Shown one piece after another: positions 1 to 13,255 of a stretch of 64,000 nt of DNA (position 1 is the first letter of the stretch; the number at the start of each line of letters is the position of its first letter). The DNA lies in contig CM052817.1 of the NCBI GenBank assembly GCA_028534125.1, forward strand, positions 35,776,001 through 35,840,000, read 5' to 3'. Position numbers and translations under genes: made by a program. Below the pieces are notes generated by a model, which had not been told where the DNA came from, did no database searches, and worked only from the letters and a program-made list of their open reading frames with translations. This DNA is from Lama glama. Lineage: Eukaryota.

Positions 1-336
1 AACAACATGTCTTTGTTTCTGGAAAGAAAAACCAAACACATTTCACAGTCACATGTACGCACACGTGCACGTACACACACCACATGTAACAAGAAAAACC
101 AGGCGTGCGTCTGCGGTTAGCCTTACCTATGGACTTTGGACCTAGGAGCTATTTATAGAACTAGTGTTTCCGTGATTGCTGTTTTAATCATAGACATTCA
201 TTTACTTATGAAAGTGAGCAATTCCTTATTATAGCTTGCAGCTAAGTGTTCTGCTTGCAACTTGAAGGCTGAACAAAAGGTAATCAATGTACAGGAGGCC
301 CATTGGAGACAAGTTCCTTCTTAAAACTCTATTTCT

Positions 337-431
337 GAAAACAAACATATGTATGTGTATGACTGAACTATTATACTGTACCCCAGAAATTGACACAACA
401 TTGTAAACTGACTACTTCAATTTAAAACAAA
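337..431 (+). mobile_element. Very short 5'-truncated L1 3' end
   Basis: actgaac..tactgtaccccagaaattgacacaacattgtaaactgactacttcaatt plus A-tail. Degenerate TSD aaaacYctattKct at 323-336 and 432-445. Confidence 0.75.
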
Positions 432-2812
432 AAAACCCTATTGCTAATAAACTAATGGTGCTTGACAGGAGGATGAATATACATGTATTTGTCCATTTTG
501 AACATGAAAATCCACTGATTGTTTTAAAGTCATGACTTCTGCCTTAATTTTTTGAAGTTCCTTAATAAGCAATTGATTTTTTTCCAGTTAAAAAAAAAAT
601 AAAAGCAGTCTCCTACAGGCAATAGTCTTATTACTGGCCTCTTGTCATCAATCTGGAATGTCTTCACCACTTTGTATTGATTCAGAATCCAAACTTTGTG
701 TTCCAGGGGGTGGCACAGTAGAAGACACAGCTTTTCAAAGTGCAGGAGCATTCAGTCAGTGACCTGTAAGATGATCTGAGGTAGTATACAGCTTTACTCT
801 TTATTTAATAGTTATGAATTTATTTTAATATAAAAATACTTAAATTTTGAAGTATATATTTTAAAATATGCTATATGAAAAATATGTCACTGGCACATCA
901 AGCCTGTGATTTTTACAGATGTCATTTCTTAGGGCTAGGCTAATATTTTTAACTAGTGCGTCCGTTATCGTCAGTTGAATGAGAAACATTAAGTGAAAAA
1001 TAGTTTAGAAAAGTGGATAAGGCAAAAATCAGGGAAGAGGTTCACAGGTGTCATAGTGTGTGAAAGTGGTACAGGAAATCATGTCATTGCCCAAGGCACC
1101 TGAGGTTCTCTCTAGAAATGAGAAGCTCAGTCCAGAAAACCCTAAGATCAATTCTAGCTCTGATGTCCAATTTTATTTTTAACAGTCTTGCCATTTTTTT
1201 TTTCTTGAGCCTCTTTTCTGAATTTTAGATCTCTTCAGGCTTTTCTGGAACTTAGAGATCCCCTTCTTAGCCCCACCTCCCCGCCATCACCTCCAAACAT
1301 TCATTATTTCCGCATGTGTTCGTGAAACAAACATTCTATGGAGAACTTACACACTAGGTAATGTGGGCACGCAAGAAAGCAACAGAATTCTATACCTCTG
1401 ACTTCTGTTTTCAATGAGTCCGTGTCTTTGATTCCCATTGAAGTTAAAGCCCTTGAAAGCCCTGGACTTCTGCCATGATCTTTTTTTTTTTTGTGCTTCC
1501 TGAATGGCTGAGAGATCCTCAATGGAAAGTCCCTTCATTGATAAAAACACATTATCAAGGCTCATATTACAAATTTAAAACATGTGTTGTGCAAATCCTG
1601 AATGGGATTATACAAGAGAATGGATAAAAAGGCTTTCTACATTTCATAGCTAGAACGGTCTAAAGCTTAGGCCATTTTGAACACAAAGGGAGAAAAAATA
1701 GTACTTTCACGATTTTTGAGTCGAGGGCAATGCAGCTGGTCAGTTAGAAATTTTTCAGATCTGAATGAGATGAGGAATTTTAACACATCAGAATTTTTTT
1801 GTTTTTTATTTTTAACAGTTACATTGAGGGAGGAATTAAGTTTCAACGGTGTTTATTGGTTTTCTATATAATTTACCGCCCCCAATACACACACATGGTT
1901 AAGGTGTAACCATTATTATGATAATTTTTCTTGGGGAATTTGTCCTTGAGAAATGTCCGGAAAATGTTGTAAAGCACCTGAGTGTGGTGAGGAGAAACTG
2001 TCACAAGCATCCGTGTAATGTCAGTGGAGCTCTTTTATGCTTGCCAGCAATTCATAAGATTTTCTTATACTAGTAAAAAGGATATAGCTGTGGTTTCCTG
2101 TGGGAGTTTCTATGTAATAGTGAGAGAAGCAGCAGAGGATGCAGTTGGTTGTGGTTGTTTGTTCATGCACTCTGCTCTTTTCTTTTCTGTAAAAAACAGG
2201 AAGCTGAAGTTTGTCCTTTACTCAGTTCGATTGGTGTTTGGTAAGGACATATCTGTGTGCAGTCACTGTGGGAGGATATAAAGATGAAAAATGCATCCTT
2301 GCCTTTAAAGACTGTAAAGTCTTAGTGAGAAGAAACAGTAAGAAAGTTGAAGCACTCATGGTAGTATTTTCTACTTTCAGTGCACATGCATTGTGATAAA
2401 AATGGATTAATTGAAATTGTTTCCCAAATTTTAATGTTTTACCATGATAGATAGAACTTTCCAAGTGTCACATTGAAACATATTTTGAAGAAACAGCTAG
2501 TTAGCACAGGTGGCTTTTCACTTTAGTAATTGCACCAAAGTTCAAATTAGTTTTGTTAGCTTTTCTGTATTCTCTGGTGATGGACTAAATTCCTAATTCC
2601 CCAGCCCAGGAATTTTGAGAAGAATTGGGCAAAAGAGCATATTCCAAGTCCCTTTCTCAAAGACAAGGTAAAATAAAATGATGTATGTAGGCTTAATAAA
2701 TCAATACTTTTGCATTTGACACTATCATAAATTTCAAGAAAAGAAAGCCATGCACAAAAAGAACACTTGCAGCTAAGTATATATTCTGAATAGAAATGAT
2801 TTAATGGAAACT

Positions 2813-3369
2813 ACATCAGTTAGGAAAACAGAACCACTATGGTGATATGGAATAATGGATTTATTATAAATTTTAGACCTTACATAATTATGGGAGCTTA
2901 TAAAAAAGTTCATGAGAAGTGGTTGCTTTTGCATCTGGTATTGAATTTGAAGTCATCATAGGTTAGCAGAGCTGGCAGTGGAAAGAAAAGCTGGATGTGA
3001 AGTGGAGCTGAGCCAGGACAGACTGGAACCTGCGAGACCGCTGGATTCCTGTCTCCTCCAACCTCAGTGACCTGGGAGAACCGTGGAGGGAGCTGGCTCT
3101 CTGCACCGTAAAGCTGTTCGTGCACCTGGCCTAGAAGGTGAAGATGGGAGGGAATCTGGTGGGAGGCAAAGGGCCACAGCCTTTCTGCTGCGTGACATCA
3201 CCAGGTGGGCAGGGAGACCAGCACCCAAAGCCCTTCTGGGCATCATAACACTGCTGCTTCATTTCCGCCTTCCAGTCCTCACCTGGATTTCCCTTATAGC
3301 CAGCTGTAACGAGGAACCGTTTGGAGAAGGGAATTCTGGGAATGGATATCCGCCTGCACTAAATTGACA
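2813..3369 (-). mobile_element. Ancient ERVL-class solo LTR (subfamily uncertain)
   Basis: Ends gggaattctgggaat...actaaattgaca, the reverse of a TGTCAA-start ERVL LTR; minus-strand AATAAA near the other end. Confidence 0.55.
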
Positions 3370-4787
3370 GTACAAAACCATTGCAGGAACTGCCCAACAG
3401 AAACAGAAATGTCTAGGATCAGAAAGTCCCTTGTTTTGAGTTCTGCAAGAATCCTTTCTGCTGAAGGGCTCAGAATCCAGGCTGCTCATGGATTATGTTT
3501 AAGACATTTCTTGCTATAGATTTACACAGATTTTCCTCTATATTCAACTATAAGTCGTTGGTTGATTTCCACTCAAAAACTAAAGCTTCTAAAGGAGTAT
3601 CTGTTGAAAAGTTCCAAGATTCATGCCATTCAAGCCACTGAGATCATCTCTTCAGTATATATATATCATCTTGCAATATAAAAGTTAATGAGATTAACTC
3701 GGCACATGGCTGGGTGATGTAACAATGAACATATTTTCTGCCACAATAGATTCCAAACTCCATTTTTAGATTTCCGTAGGTGCTCCAGAAGATTCGTATA
3801 ATGTAATGGTACAGAAAAGCAAAAAATTCATTTAGACAGGAGCTGCCTTCCCGATGTTTCTTTTACTTACTTATTTTTTGTTTTGTTTTGAGATACTTGT
3901 GCTTGTAAGGATGTATGCATATGAAGTGGTGAACTTATTCATGGTGGAAGCAGTCAACCAGCTGCTGCTGTAGCCAGAATTCCTGCAGAGACTGGGATAT
4001 TGGCCCACAGAGCTTCCAAGTCTCACTCCATTTTTGAGATTCTTTGAATCTTTATCAGTGACTCGCAACCTCTTTTTTTTGCCCCAACTCACTTGGTAAA
4101 TAATGTTTACAGGTGGGTCCCCCTTTTCATTCCAACTTTTTCTCTTTTACCTAAAAAAAGCACATTAAAATGCAAGGAAGTGATCGACTTTATAAAATAC
4201 AGTATAAGTAAATAATCCATTATCTCTTACTTAAGTACTGAGAAGAAAAATCTTGTCTTCATATGGGCACAAGAAATCTGTGACTCAATCTATCTCAGCT
4301 ATATTTCAGCTATATTTCACCATCCCAACCATATTCTCTAATTTACTGCTTAATAAAGCAAGAAAACAGAAATCTATAATTTACCCAAATACCCACAAAA
4401 GTAAATAAAAATGGAAATATCCATGAAAAGGGAGGAAAATGCATTAAAATTCCTTTGGTATACAACAACTGATGAAATTAGGCAATACTCTATTACGTTT
4501 TGGATGCATTAGTTTATCACTGTGTGTATTGATCTAAGCTGATGATATAGACACATTTATTTCAGCAGCATGTGTTATTTGCCTGTTGTTGCAAATCTCT
4601 GCACTTGGGTTGGGTGACCATGCATCATATATACAAAGATGGCTAAGATTTACATATCTACTCACAAATGAACCTGTAATCTAGTGGGAGAGAGAAAACT
4701 GAGATCCAAGTGAAGAGAGAGGAGGAAGTGTTGAATGTGGGCTTAATAATATTATGGTTCTAAAAAGGTGAATTTTAAAATTCTCTT

Positions 4788-5482
4788 CTACACTATACAT
4801 CTAGAATGACAAAGACAAAACAAAAATAAAAAACTGACAATAATAAGTGTTGACGAGGATGTGAAGCAACTGGACGTCTCATATGGTGCCAGTGGGAATA
4901 CAAAATGTACAGGTACTATGGAAAAATATTTTGGCAGGTACTTATTAAGTTAAACATCCACTTACCATATGACCTGGCAATTCCACTCCTATTTACTTAA
5001 GTGAAATAAGAACCTATGGTAACACAAAGACCCATTTAGAGTGGCTTTATTTATAACCACTAAAAACAGGAGATACCAAAAATATCCCTCGACTAGAGAA
5101 TGAATAAGCAAACAGTGGCATACCTGCACAATAGAATACTACCCAACCATGGAAAGGAACAAATGATCGATACACACAACGATGCAGATGAATTTCAAAT
5201 ATATTATGCCAAGTAAAGAAACCAGCCCGAAACAGCGCTGTGCTTTTATCTTTACATGACACTCTGGAGAAAGCAAAACCAGGAGTGGTTCAGAGTCGGG
5301 GAGAGTTTGGCTATAAAAGAATAGCCAATCCCAAGGAACTTCTTTGGGGGATAACAGGGCTGTTTTGCATCTTGATTGTGGTGGTGGTGATATGACTATA
5401 CATTTGTCAGAACTCATAGAACTGTATACCAAAAAAGGTAAATATTACTGTACGTGAATTTTTTTAATTCTTAAAAAATAAA
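4788..5482 (+). mobile_element. Old L1 (L1MC/L1ME-type) 3' end
   Basis: ORF2-end motifs (gacctggcaattccactccta) and 3' UTR catttgtcagaactcatagaactgtatac. Confidence 0.8.
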
Positions 5483-5879
5483 TTTAGCTTTGAATCATAG
5501 TCCAGAGTTTAGCATCCTCCTGGCTCCGAGATGAGAAAAGCAGGCCATATGGAGAAGATGCTAATCCTATTCTCTGTTTATTGACACAGAAAAATGTGCA
5601 AACTGAACAGATTTGTGCTCCGTTGTCCAGAAATCTTGGGTTAGTTTAGATCTCAAAACTCTCTTTAAATGGATAGAGGCAAGTATCATGGGACCCTGAA
5701 TATCATCTGACAGTTCTGTCACCTAAAATGATGTTATTTTGACCATATGGTGGATGTGTGTGAGGGTAGTGTGAGTTTGCTGTGCCGTCTACTGTCTGTG
5801 TGTGAGTGGGGTGGGCCGCCCTCCCTCCCTGACCTCATATTCAGACTCTGAAAGTAATTGTTTACTGCAATATTGTTGA

Positions 5880-7270
5880 GGTCTTATAACATGAGAAGCG
5901 CTGTACTACGTGTGTGAGTGCTAATGTTGAGCTACTTAGAGTCTCTGTCAGAAACGGAGCTTACAACCTCGGGTGAGAGATAGGACATGTGACTCAATGA
6001 CGGTAACTCAATCAGTTTATGATAAATCCTATAATAGAGGTTTTCTCACTGTACTATGACTGCTGAGAGGCGGAAGCTATCACTTCCTGCCAGGAACATC
6101 AGGAAAGGTTTATTTTGTGAAGACTGTGGCATTTGTCCTGAACTTTAAGATTCTTAGTTCCTAAGCTCTGAGAGATGCATTCTTTCTGTCTTACAGACTG
6201 GTTTTCCCCCATCTCTCATCTTGTCCCTGTTACACATTGATGCATCCTTGTTTTGGAAATAATTAGCAAAAGAAAGAAAAGATAGACCATTTTCAAAGGC
6301 AGAGAACACACTGCAGGGTGACGTGGTCTGAGCACAGGAAGGCAGGCAAATGCTTAAGCATGTTTGAGAAACTGAGTTGTTCAGTTTGGCTGGAGTTTAG
6401 GGGGCTTGTGGGAAGCAATGTTCCAAAATTCTGTTGAAATCAAACTGGAGGTGTTCTTCAGTGCCACGTTAAGTAATTTGAACATTTTTCAGGAGAGGAA
6501 GCCACTGAAGGATTTTGAGCTGAGAGTGATGTGATCAGTCTGTGTTTTAAAATGATGTTACTTGACGGTAATCATGAGACAGGGAGCATTAGTGAAGATA
6601 TTAGCAGTGTTGGAGCAAAGCAGAGAGACCGTGTCTGAGGCACCTGCGCCAGCTCAGGCATGACTGGGAGAAGGCAGTGGTTGGAAGATCAGACCTGGAA
6701 AACAAGGGTCAGAAGCCCTGGGATCAAATCCTAACTCTGCTTCTAAGCTGTGGGACAAATCACATAAGCTTCTGAAGCCTCAGTCTTTGTATCCATGAGG
6801 TTAATTTGGAAATTATAAGAAAGAATATCTGTGGAAGCTTTGTATATCTTAAAACAGCTGTGTAAATGTGAGAGGTATTGTTATTTGAGTCTCAGTTATC
6901 AGAAAGAAAGCTGCAAATATTCCTGGCAGAGATGTGACAGGAATTGACTGTATGATTAGAGGGAATGAGCGAGCAGAAGCTGTCAAGAGTCACTCCAGGA
7001 CTTTAAGCCAGACGTGGCTGGGGGACCATTGGTGCCATGAACAGAAACAGTTATCAGGCGGGAAAGTTCGTGTTGGCAGAATGATGTTGAATCCTGTGTT
7101 GGATGTTGAGTTTGGGTTACTGGCATGACGTGCAGGTCCACGGTTATAAAATGGAGGAGGACAGGAACGTGAAGGGGAAGTGGTGCCTGAAATACAGCCA
7201 TTAGATCAGCACCATTAGATATCCTAAGTGTCAAAGAGATTTCCAAGGACATGGTTGACAAGGAAGAGTG
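5880..7270 (-). mobile_element. Fragmented L2 with an embedded MIR (~6690-6885)
   Basis: L2 motifs gaagccactgaaggattttgagc..gagtgatgtgatcag; MIR motif gggatcaaatcctaactctgc...agcctcagt. Confidence 0.55.
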
Positions 7271-8325
7271 TCAGGCAGATGGGGTCAGTGGTGAAAACCA
7301 TGCCCAGGAGTTCAAGGCAGATGAAGAATAAAATTCAGTTTCCTCATTTTAAAATTGAGAAAAGAATACCTTCCTTGATGGCTTGTGGAGAATAAACAAG
7401 AGACAGTACCTCGTGCAATATCTTATACATCATAGGCTTTAAAATAGGAGATATTATTAGTATTGTTATGGGAAGTTAATTCTCATTTTCAATATCCTTT
7501 GGGAATGTTTAAAAATGTAACTCAGACCTCGTGATTTTTGTATGTATATGATGTTCCTTTTGAAAAAAAGTAAATCACAGGCTAAATTTGCTGTGTAATG
7601 TCTCCCTTTAAAGGGTAAAACCTAGTTCCATCCCAGTTTAAGAAGAGCTCTGTACTGTTCTGACAGGAGCATATTGTTTTTCAGTAACTCTCGTGACAGT
7701 ACTGTGTGAAAAAAGAACAAATTTCTCCCATCCCTGCTGAGGTTAAATCACAGCAAAGGTACACAGGGTAAGAAGACCTTGCTCATCTGTTTCCCTCTGT
7801 CCTCATGTGGAACATATCTTTTATATGGAATTAATCATAAATTTCAGTCCGACGGTGAAAATATAAACTTAGTTGACCCAGAAAATCAGTAGTGAAGGGG
7901 AAAAAATTAAAAGAATATTGGTTTGATATGCACACTTTTACACTGTCTTCTGAATAAACAACCAGGACAGCACAGAACAATCATCAAGCCTATTTGTGCC
8001 ACGTTGATGATTTTTAAAATTTTTATCTAAGGAGGCTGAGCATCTCTGCTTTGATTCAGGTGAAAGCCAGTTTGCTTTTCAAACAGAAAAAAAGCAAAAA
8101 AACAAAAACAAAAAAAACCCTCTCTTCCAGAATCACATCTTGTGTCTCATCTCAAATCAGCCACTTTGAAAATGTATGCAATTAAGGAGACATAGTGAGA
8201 AAGCAGAAAAGGCTTAGGGACATCTGCAGTTACTTTGGGGAAAACCATCCATGGCAAGGAGCAGGATTCTGTGATCTTTCAGGACCCCTGTGCGTCTGAA
8301 ATTCAACAGCACATTATTCCATGTG

Positions 8326-8578
8326 TTATGGCAGAATTGGAAGACCCTGAACTCACCTCTTCCCATGGTCACACCAAAGTTACAGCTACTTATAGAGTAA
8401 CCGTGTATGAAAACAACCTGAAGACTAGCAGAAAAGTTTTTTTCACAACTAAAGCCACAAAGAAAGAACCATAGCAATTCAGGTAGAAGGGGTGGACACA
8501 CAGTGTAGCCAGGACTCACACCCCTGGACTGACAACCCACAAATGGGAGGAATATCCAATCACAGAGGTCCTCCCCAG
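8326..8578 (+). mobile_element. L1 5' UTR fragment
   Basis: atggcagaattggaagaccctgaactcacctcttcccatggtcacacc...acctgaagactagcagaaaag resembles a laurasiatherian L1 5' end. Confidence 0.65.
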
Positions 8579-8584
8579 ATTGTG

Positions 8585-8663
8585 TAGTACTTTTTTTAGT
8601 GAAAAAAATCTGCATGTCAGTGAGCTCAAGCAGTTCAAGCCCATGTTGTTCAAGAGTCAACTG
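8585..8663. mobile_element. One terminus of a Tigger2/MER8-like DNA transposon
   Basis: gaaaaaaatctgcatgtcagtgagctcaagcagttcaagcccatgttgttcaagagtcaactg is the Tigger2-type terminal inverted repeat (reverse of CAGTTGACCCTTGAACAACA). Confidence 0.75.
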
Positions 8664-9133
8664 AATATACAATGGAATATTAGTCAGCTATGAAAAATGA
8701 GATATTGCCATTTTCAACAACACTGATAGATCTAAAGGGTATTATGCTAAGTGAAAAAAGTCAGAGAAAGACCAGTACCATATGATCTCCATTATATGTG
8801 GGAGTCTAAAAACCAAAACAAACAAATAAAACAAAATGAAAACAGACTCATAGATACAGAGAACAAATGAGTGGTCGCTAGAGGGGAGGGGTTGACGGGT
8901 GTGAAATAGGCTAAAGGGATTAAAAGGTACAAACCTCCAGCTATAAAATAAGTGAGCCACAGGGATGTAATACACAGCATAAGAAATATGGTCAATAATA
9001 TTGTAATAACTTTGGGAACAGATGGTTAGTAGACTTCTGATCATTTTATAGTGTATGCAAATGTCAAATCCCTGTGTCGTACACCTGGAACTAACATAAT
9101 ATTGTATGTCGACTATATGTTAATTTAAAAAAA
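8664..9133 (+). mobile_element. L1 3' end (L1MA9-like/laurasiatherian)
   Basis: tatacaatggaatatt...ggtattatgctaagtgaa...gtacacctggaactaacataatattgtatgtc plus A tail. Confidence 0.85.
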
Positions 9134-9610
9134 TTGTGGGGACTCTCAAGAGAATTGATAACACCTTTTTTTGGTCATCATTTGATATAAGTTCACTGGC
9201 CCAACACTGAAACCAAAGCAAATTATCTTCTGTATTTCTAGTAATAAGCAAAAATCAGTATTATCATATAATCAGCCCATTAGTCTTTCTTAACTTTAGG
9301 ATTTGTTGGGATTTTCTTAATATTCAAGAACATTTCTAAATACATGCATTTCTTTCTTCTCTTTCATTCCACATTTTAGTTAATGGAATCTTTTTTTTTA
9401 ACTTCTTTCCAAGTATAGAACTTTGAAATAATTTCTGAAATAAAACTTAATTTCTTAACCTGACATAATAGACTTGGGCCTAGAGCTATGTTTCCTAGTG
9501 AATATTCCAAACCCATACCCCGTTTACACACCACTCACAGCTCTCCTCCTTCATAGACTCTTAAGGTCCAGGCACAATGGACTGCAGTAGGTCTATAATT
9601 TCCTGTCTTT

Positions 9611-9757
9611 TTTTTCTTAATTAAAACAATTGGAGGGGAGGGGTGTAACTAGGTTTATTCTTTTAAATTTGTTTTCTGTAACAGAGGTACTGGGGATTGG
9701 ACCCAGGACCTCGTGCATGCTAAGCACGCCCTCTACCGCTGAACTATGCCCTCCCCC
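9611..9757 (-). mobile_element. Camelid tRNA-derived SINE (vic-1-like)
   Basis: Reverse of ggggagggcatagttcagcggtagagggcgtgcttagcatgcacgaggtcctgggtccaatccccagtacc (Pol III A/B boxes). TSD ttcctRtcttt at 9600-9610 and 9760-9770. Confidence 0.85.
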
Positions 9758-11774
9758 AGTTCCTATCTTTGCTCTGCCCCCAAATCTGCCCCCAAATCTG
9801 AGCTCTGCCTCCAAATCTGAGCTTTAAAAGCCCAACTCAAATCTTTACTCTCTGCTTGAGATAGTACACAGTCCAGTTTAGTCAGTTTAGATGTATTAGC
9901 CACAGTAGACTAACTTCTAATAACGTATAACCCCAAAACATCAAGGCTTAAGGAAATAACATTGTATATATTTTTAAAAATCTTTACCAACACTTCCAAA
10001 AAGCCTTTGAAGTTCACTCTCACGTTCACTGGACATTTGCCCTCCTGTGCTCCATAGTACTTTACATGCCTAGCACAAGCGTTGATTTTAGGGTAAACTG
10101 CCCTAAAATGTTCTGATTTCGGATCATATCAGCCAGCTTTTTAATATCTTTATAAAGCCCCTTCAAAACTTAGCATGGTGCTCTACACATAGGAATCCTC
10201 AATAAATGTTTATTGAATTCAGTTGTTTTGCATTGAGTTTGGTGCTGAACTCTTCAGGAATTTGAGACTGAGTGATAGATCTTGAAAAATCATTTGTTTT
10301 GTATGTGTTTTTGTGATACGGTTCTACCTTTTAAATCTTTGTAAGATTAACAGTTGGATTTTTTTAAAGTGACTTTACTGTATCTAAGATATTTATTATA
10401 TTTAAGGTATCTTTCATTAGTGAGATAAAGCACATCTTTCCTTGTCAGTACTTGGTGATATTTTTTCCTTGAGGTTTTTGTTTTCTTCTCATTCTGAAAT
10501 CCCGGAACCAATGACAAGCAATAAAATACATACAGGAAATTAATGTATAAGAAGAGATGTACATAGGAAATGGAAATACATTGAAATTGGAGTCACATTT
10601 TTAAAACATGAAAAAAAGACAAAAGACCTGTAGTATTTTTTTCGAGTCAGCTTTCCGAATATGAGGTAGATTGTCAGATGAAAAGAAAGTACATCTGATG
10701 TGATAAAGACAGAATATGGGAAGGCACCAATGGAAGGTAAATTTGCCTGAATGAGAACTATCAAAGCTGCTCTGAGGCCAGCCCCAGACAGAACATGAGG
10801 AATCAAAAAGTTGGGGATCATCATTATACAGCAGTTATAATGAGCATCACTGACCCGATGCTATCGTCTGTACAGCTTTAACAAGGTGATCATCAAAAGG
10901 CATACTTTTGTTGAAGCACATTGGGCTTTTGAAATGAACATTTTTATATTTTGCAAATTGATGTTCTTCCTGACTTCCTTCCTTCACTGCGCTTGTTAGA
11001 ACATTCAGAGAATATGACAGCTACTCAAGCACTGTGTCCTCTTAATTTTTATGTATTTATACATAAGGAAAATGTATTACTTCTGTTCAAAAAGAATTAG
11101 TGTGAATGAGCAAGCTCTACAAAAAGGAAAATGTCTAAAAGTTAAGAAAAAAGATGCTTTGCAAAAAAAAATGGGCGAGAGCTGAAAATATAAGTAACTT
11201 GCTGAAGTCAAGCTAGAAAAATGATTAGTCTACGTGGAAAACTAGCATATGATTTCTTTTTTCCACTGAGGATAAATTACACAGTTGGAGCAGCAGAGTT
11301 ATAGATTTAGGCGAAGAGTGGACCTTCTAGGAAGCCACTTGTTCATAGTGATCCCTGCCCAAATACCAGGTCTTCTGCCGGTTCTTGGATACACTGATTT
11401 ACTTCATGTGCCTTTTCCCCATCAGTTTATGTACAGGTGAATCTTGAGTGATTTCTTTGAGGAATAGTTATGGAGAAAGGACATAGTGCAATTTGAGAAA
11501 GGCAAAAAGAAGTGAATTGGGGATGGCAGAGTAAAGAACGGAGATCTTTGCAGTGCAGCCTGAGGTTGCCATCACATTTTCAGAATTTAAATGTCCAGTT
11601 ATGGACCATGATCTTGAGGTTATTCTGTGATTATGGAGTATATGGAGGAAAGGCACAGTGGACTTGGAATGTCACCTGGCAGTGAGTGTATACTAGCCAG
11701 AAAGTACACGTCATTCTGCTGTTACTAACTAGTGCCACCTCTGCAGCTGCTGCTGTTCCATGTGGTGGATGCTC

Positions 11775-11900
11775 TTTCCAACCCTATGTTCTGTGTTATT
11801 AGCCTCAGGCACTGAAGAGTTGAAGTAATTTACCTGAGGCCACACCGTTCATAACTGGCAACTGGGTGTGAATCAAAATCTTCTGACTCTAGAAACACAG
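11775..11900 (-). mobile_element. MIR fragment
   Basis: ggcactgaagagttgaagtaatttacctgaggccacac...tgtgaatcaaaatcttctgactctaga. Confidence 0.6.
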
Positions 11901-12730
11901 TCTTCGCAACCAGGTTAATATAACCCCTTACACAGAGAAATGTTTCCCAAAGGCAAGGGACATAGTGCCTCTGAACTGCTGGTGGTTCTCTGATGTGTCG
12001 TTTCCAGTCTCCTGCCTCTGCGCATGCTGTTTCCTTTGCCTTGTGTGACCTTTTTCCATCTGTTATTTCCTTCACATGGCTAACTCGTCATCTTTCAGGT
12101 CTCAGCTCAGAAGTCATCCTGCTTAGCAAAGCTTTCCAGAACTCTCTTCAAGGTGGGTGGGGTTCCTTCCCTCACAGACTTCTGTGGTACCCTGTGAGTA
12201 CATCCATCATCACATTTACCATAGCATCCTGTTACCTTTCTGCCTCCTCTTGAAACCTGGGATGCTCCCGCTATCTCATCCTGCACATCCAGTCAGTCAT
12301 GGTGCATAGGAGATCTCACCTCTCCAGTATTTCTAGATTTATCCCTTCCTCTCTATTTCTGTGACCACTGCCCTGGTTCTCTCAGTACCTCCTGTAGTCA
12401 CCTTCTGAGAGGTCCTTCTGCCTCCGGTCTCCACACACCTACTCGGTCAAGCCCTTACTGACTGCCTGTGACCTGGGGAAGGGCCATACCAGGCTCCGCA
12501 CAGTCTTGCTTTCTCTCTGTTTGGCCTCATCTCTTGACAGATGGCTGCTTTGTACTATCGGCCTTGCACCTGGAGCTCCAGCTGCGCTCAACTACAGTTG
12601 TTCCAGCCCCGCCCCACCCTCAACCACTTCTCCCAGCCGGCTGTCTCTCACTTCTGTACCTCTGTCCACATGTTGTTCACGTGCACATGAAATGCCATCT
12701 CCCCTTCACTGGTAACTCCTGCTCAACTTT

Positions 12731-13175
12731 TTTTTTTTATTGAAATATAGTTGATTTACAGTATTGTATTAGTTTCAGGTATACGACATAATGATTCAGT
12801 ATTGTTATAGATTATACTCCATTGAAAGTTATTGTAAGATAATGGCTATAATTCCCTGTGCTGTACAATATATCCTTGCTGCTTATCTATTTTATACATA
12901 ATAGTTTGTGTCTCAATCCCATACCCCTAATTTACCCTCCTCCCTATCCTCTCCCTTCTGGTGGCCCATTTGTTTTCCATATCTATACGTCTGTTTCTGT
13001 TTTGCTACTCACATTAGTTTGTTTTATTTTTTTAGATTCCACATAAAAGTGGTGTCATACAGTATTTGTCTTTTTCTATCTGACTTATTTCACTCAGCAT
13101 AATATTCTCTAAGTTCATCCACGTTGCTACAAATGGCAAAATTCCATTCCTTTTTATGGCTGAATAGTGTTCCAT

Positions 13176-13255
<80 letters not shown>

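Noticed and set aside
8214..8672. 152-aa minus-strand ORF
   Set aside because: Runs through Tigger and antisense L1 5' UTR sequence; repeat-derived.
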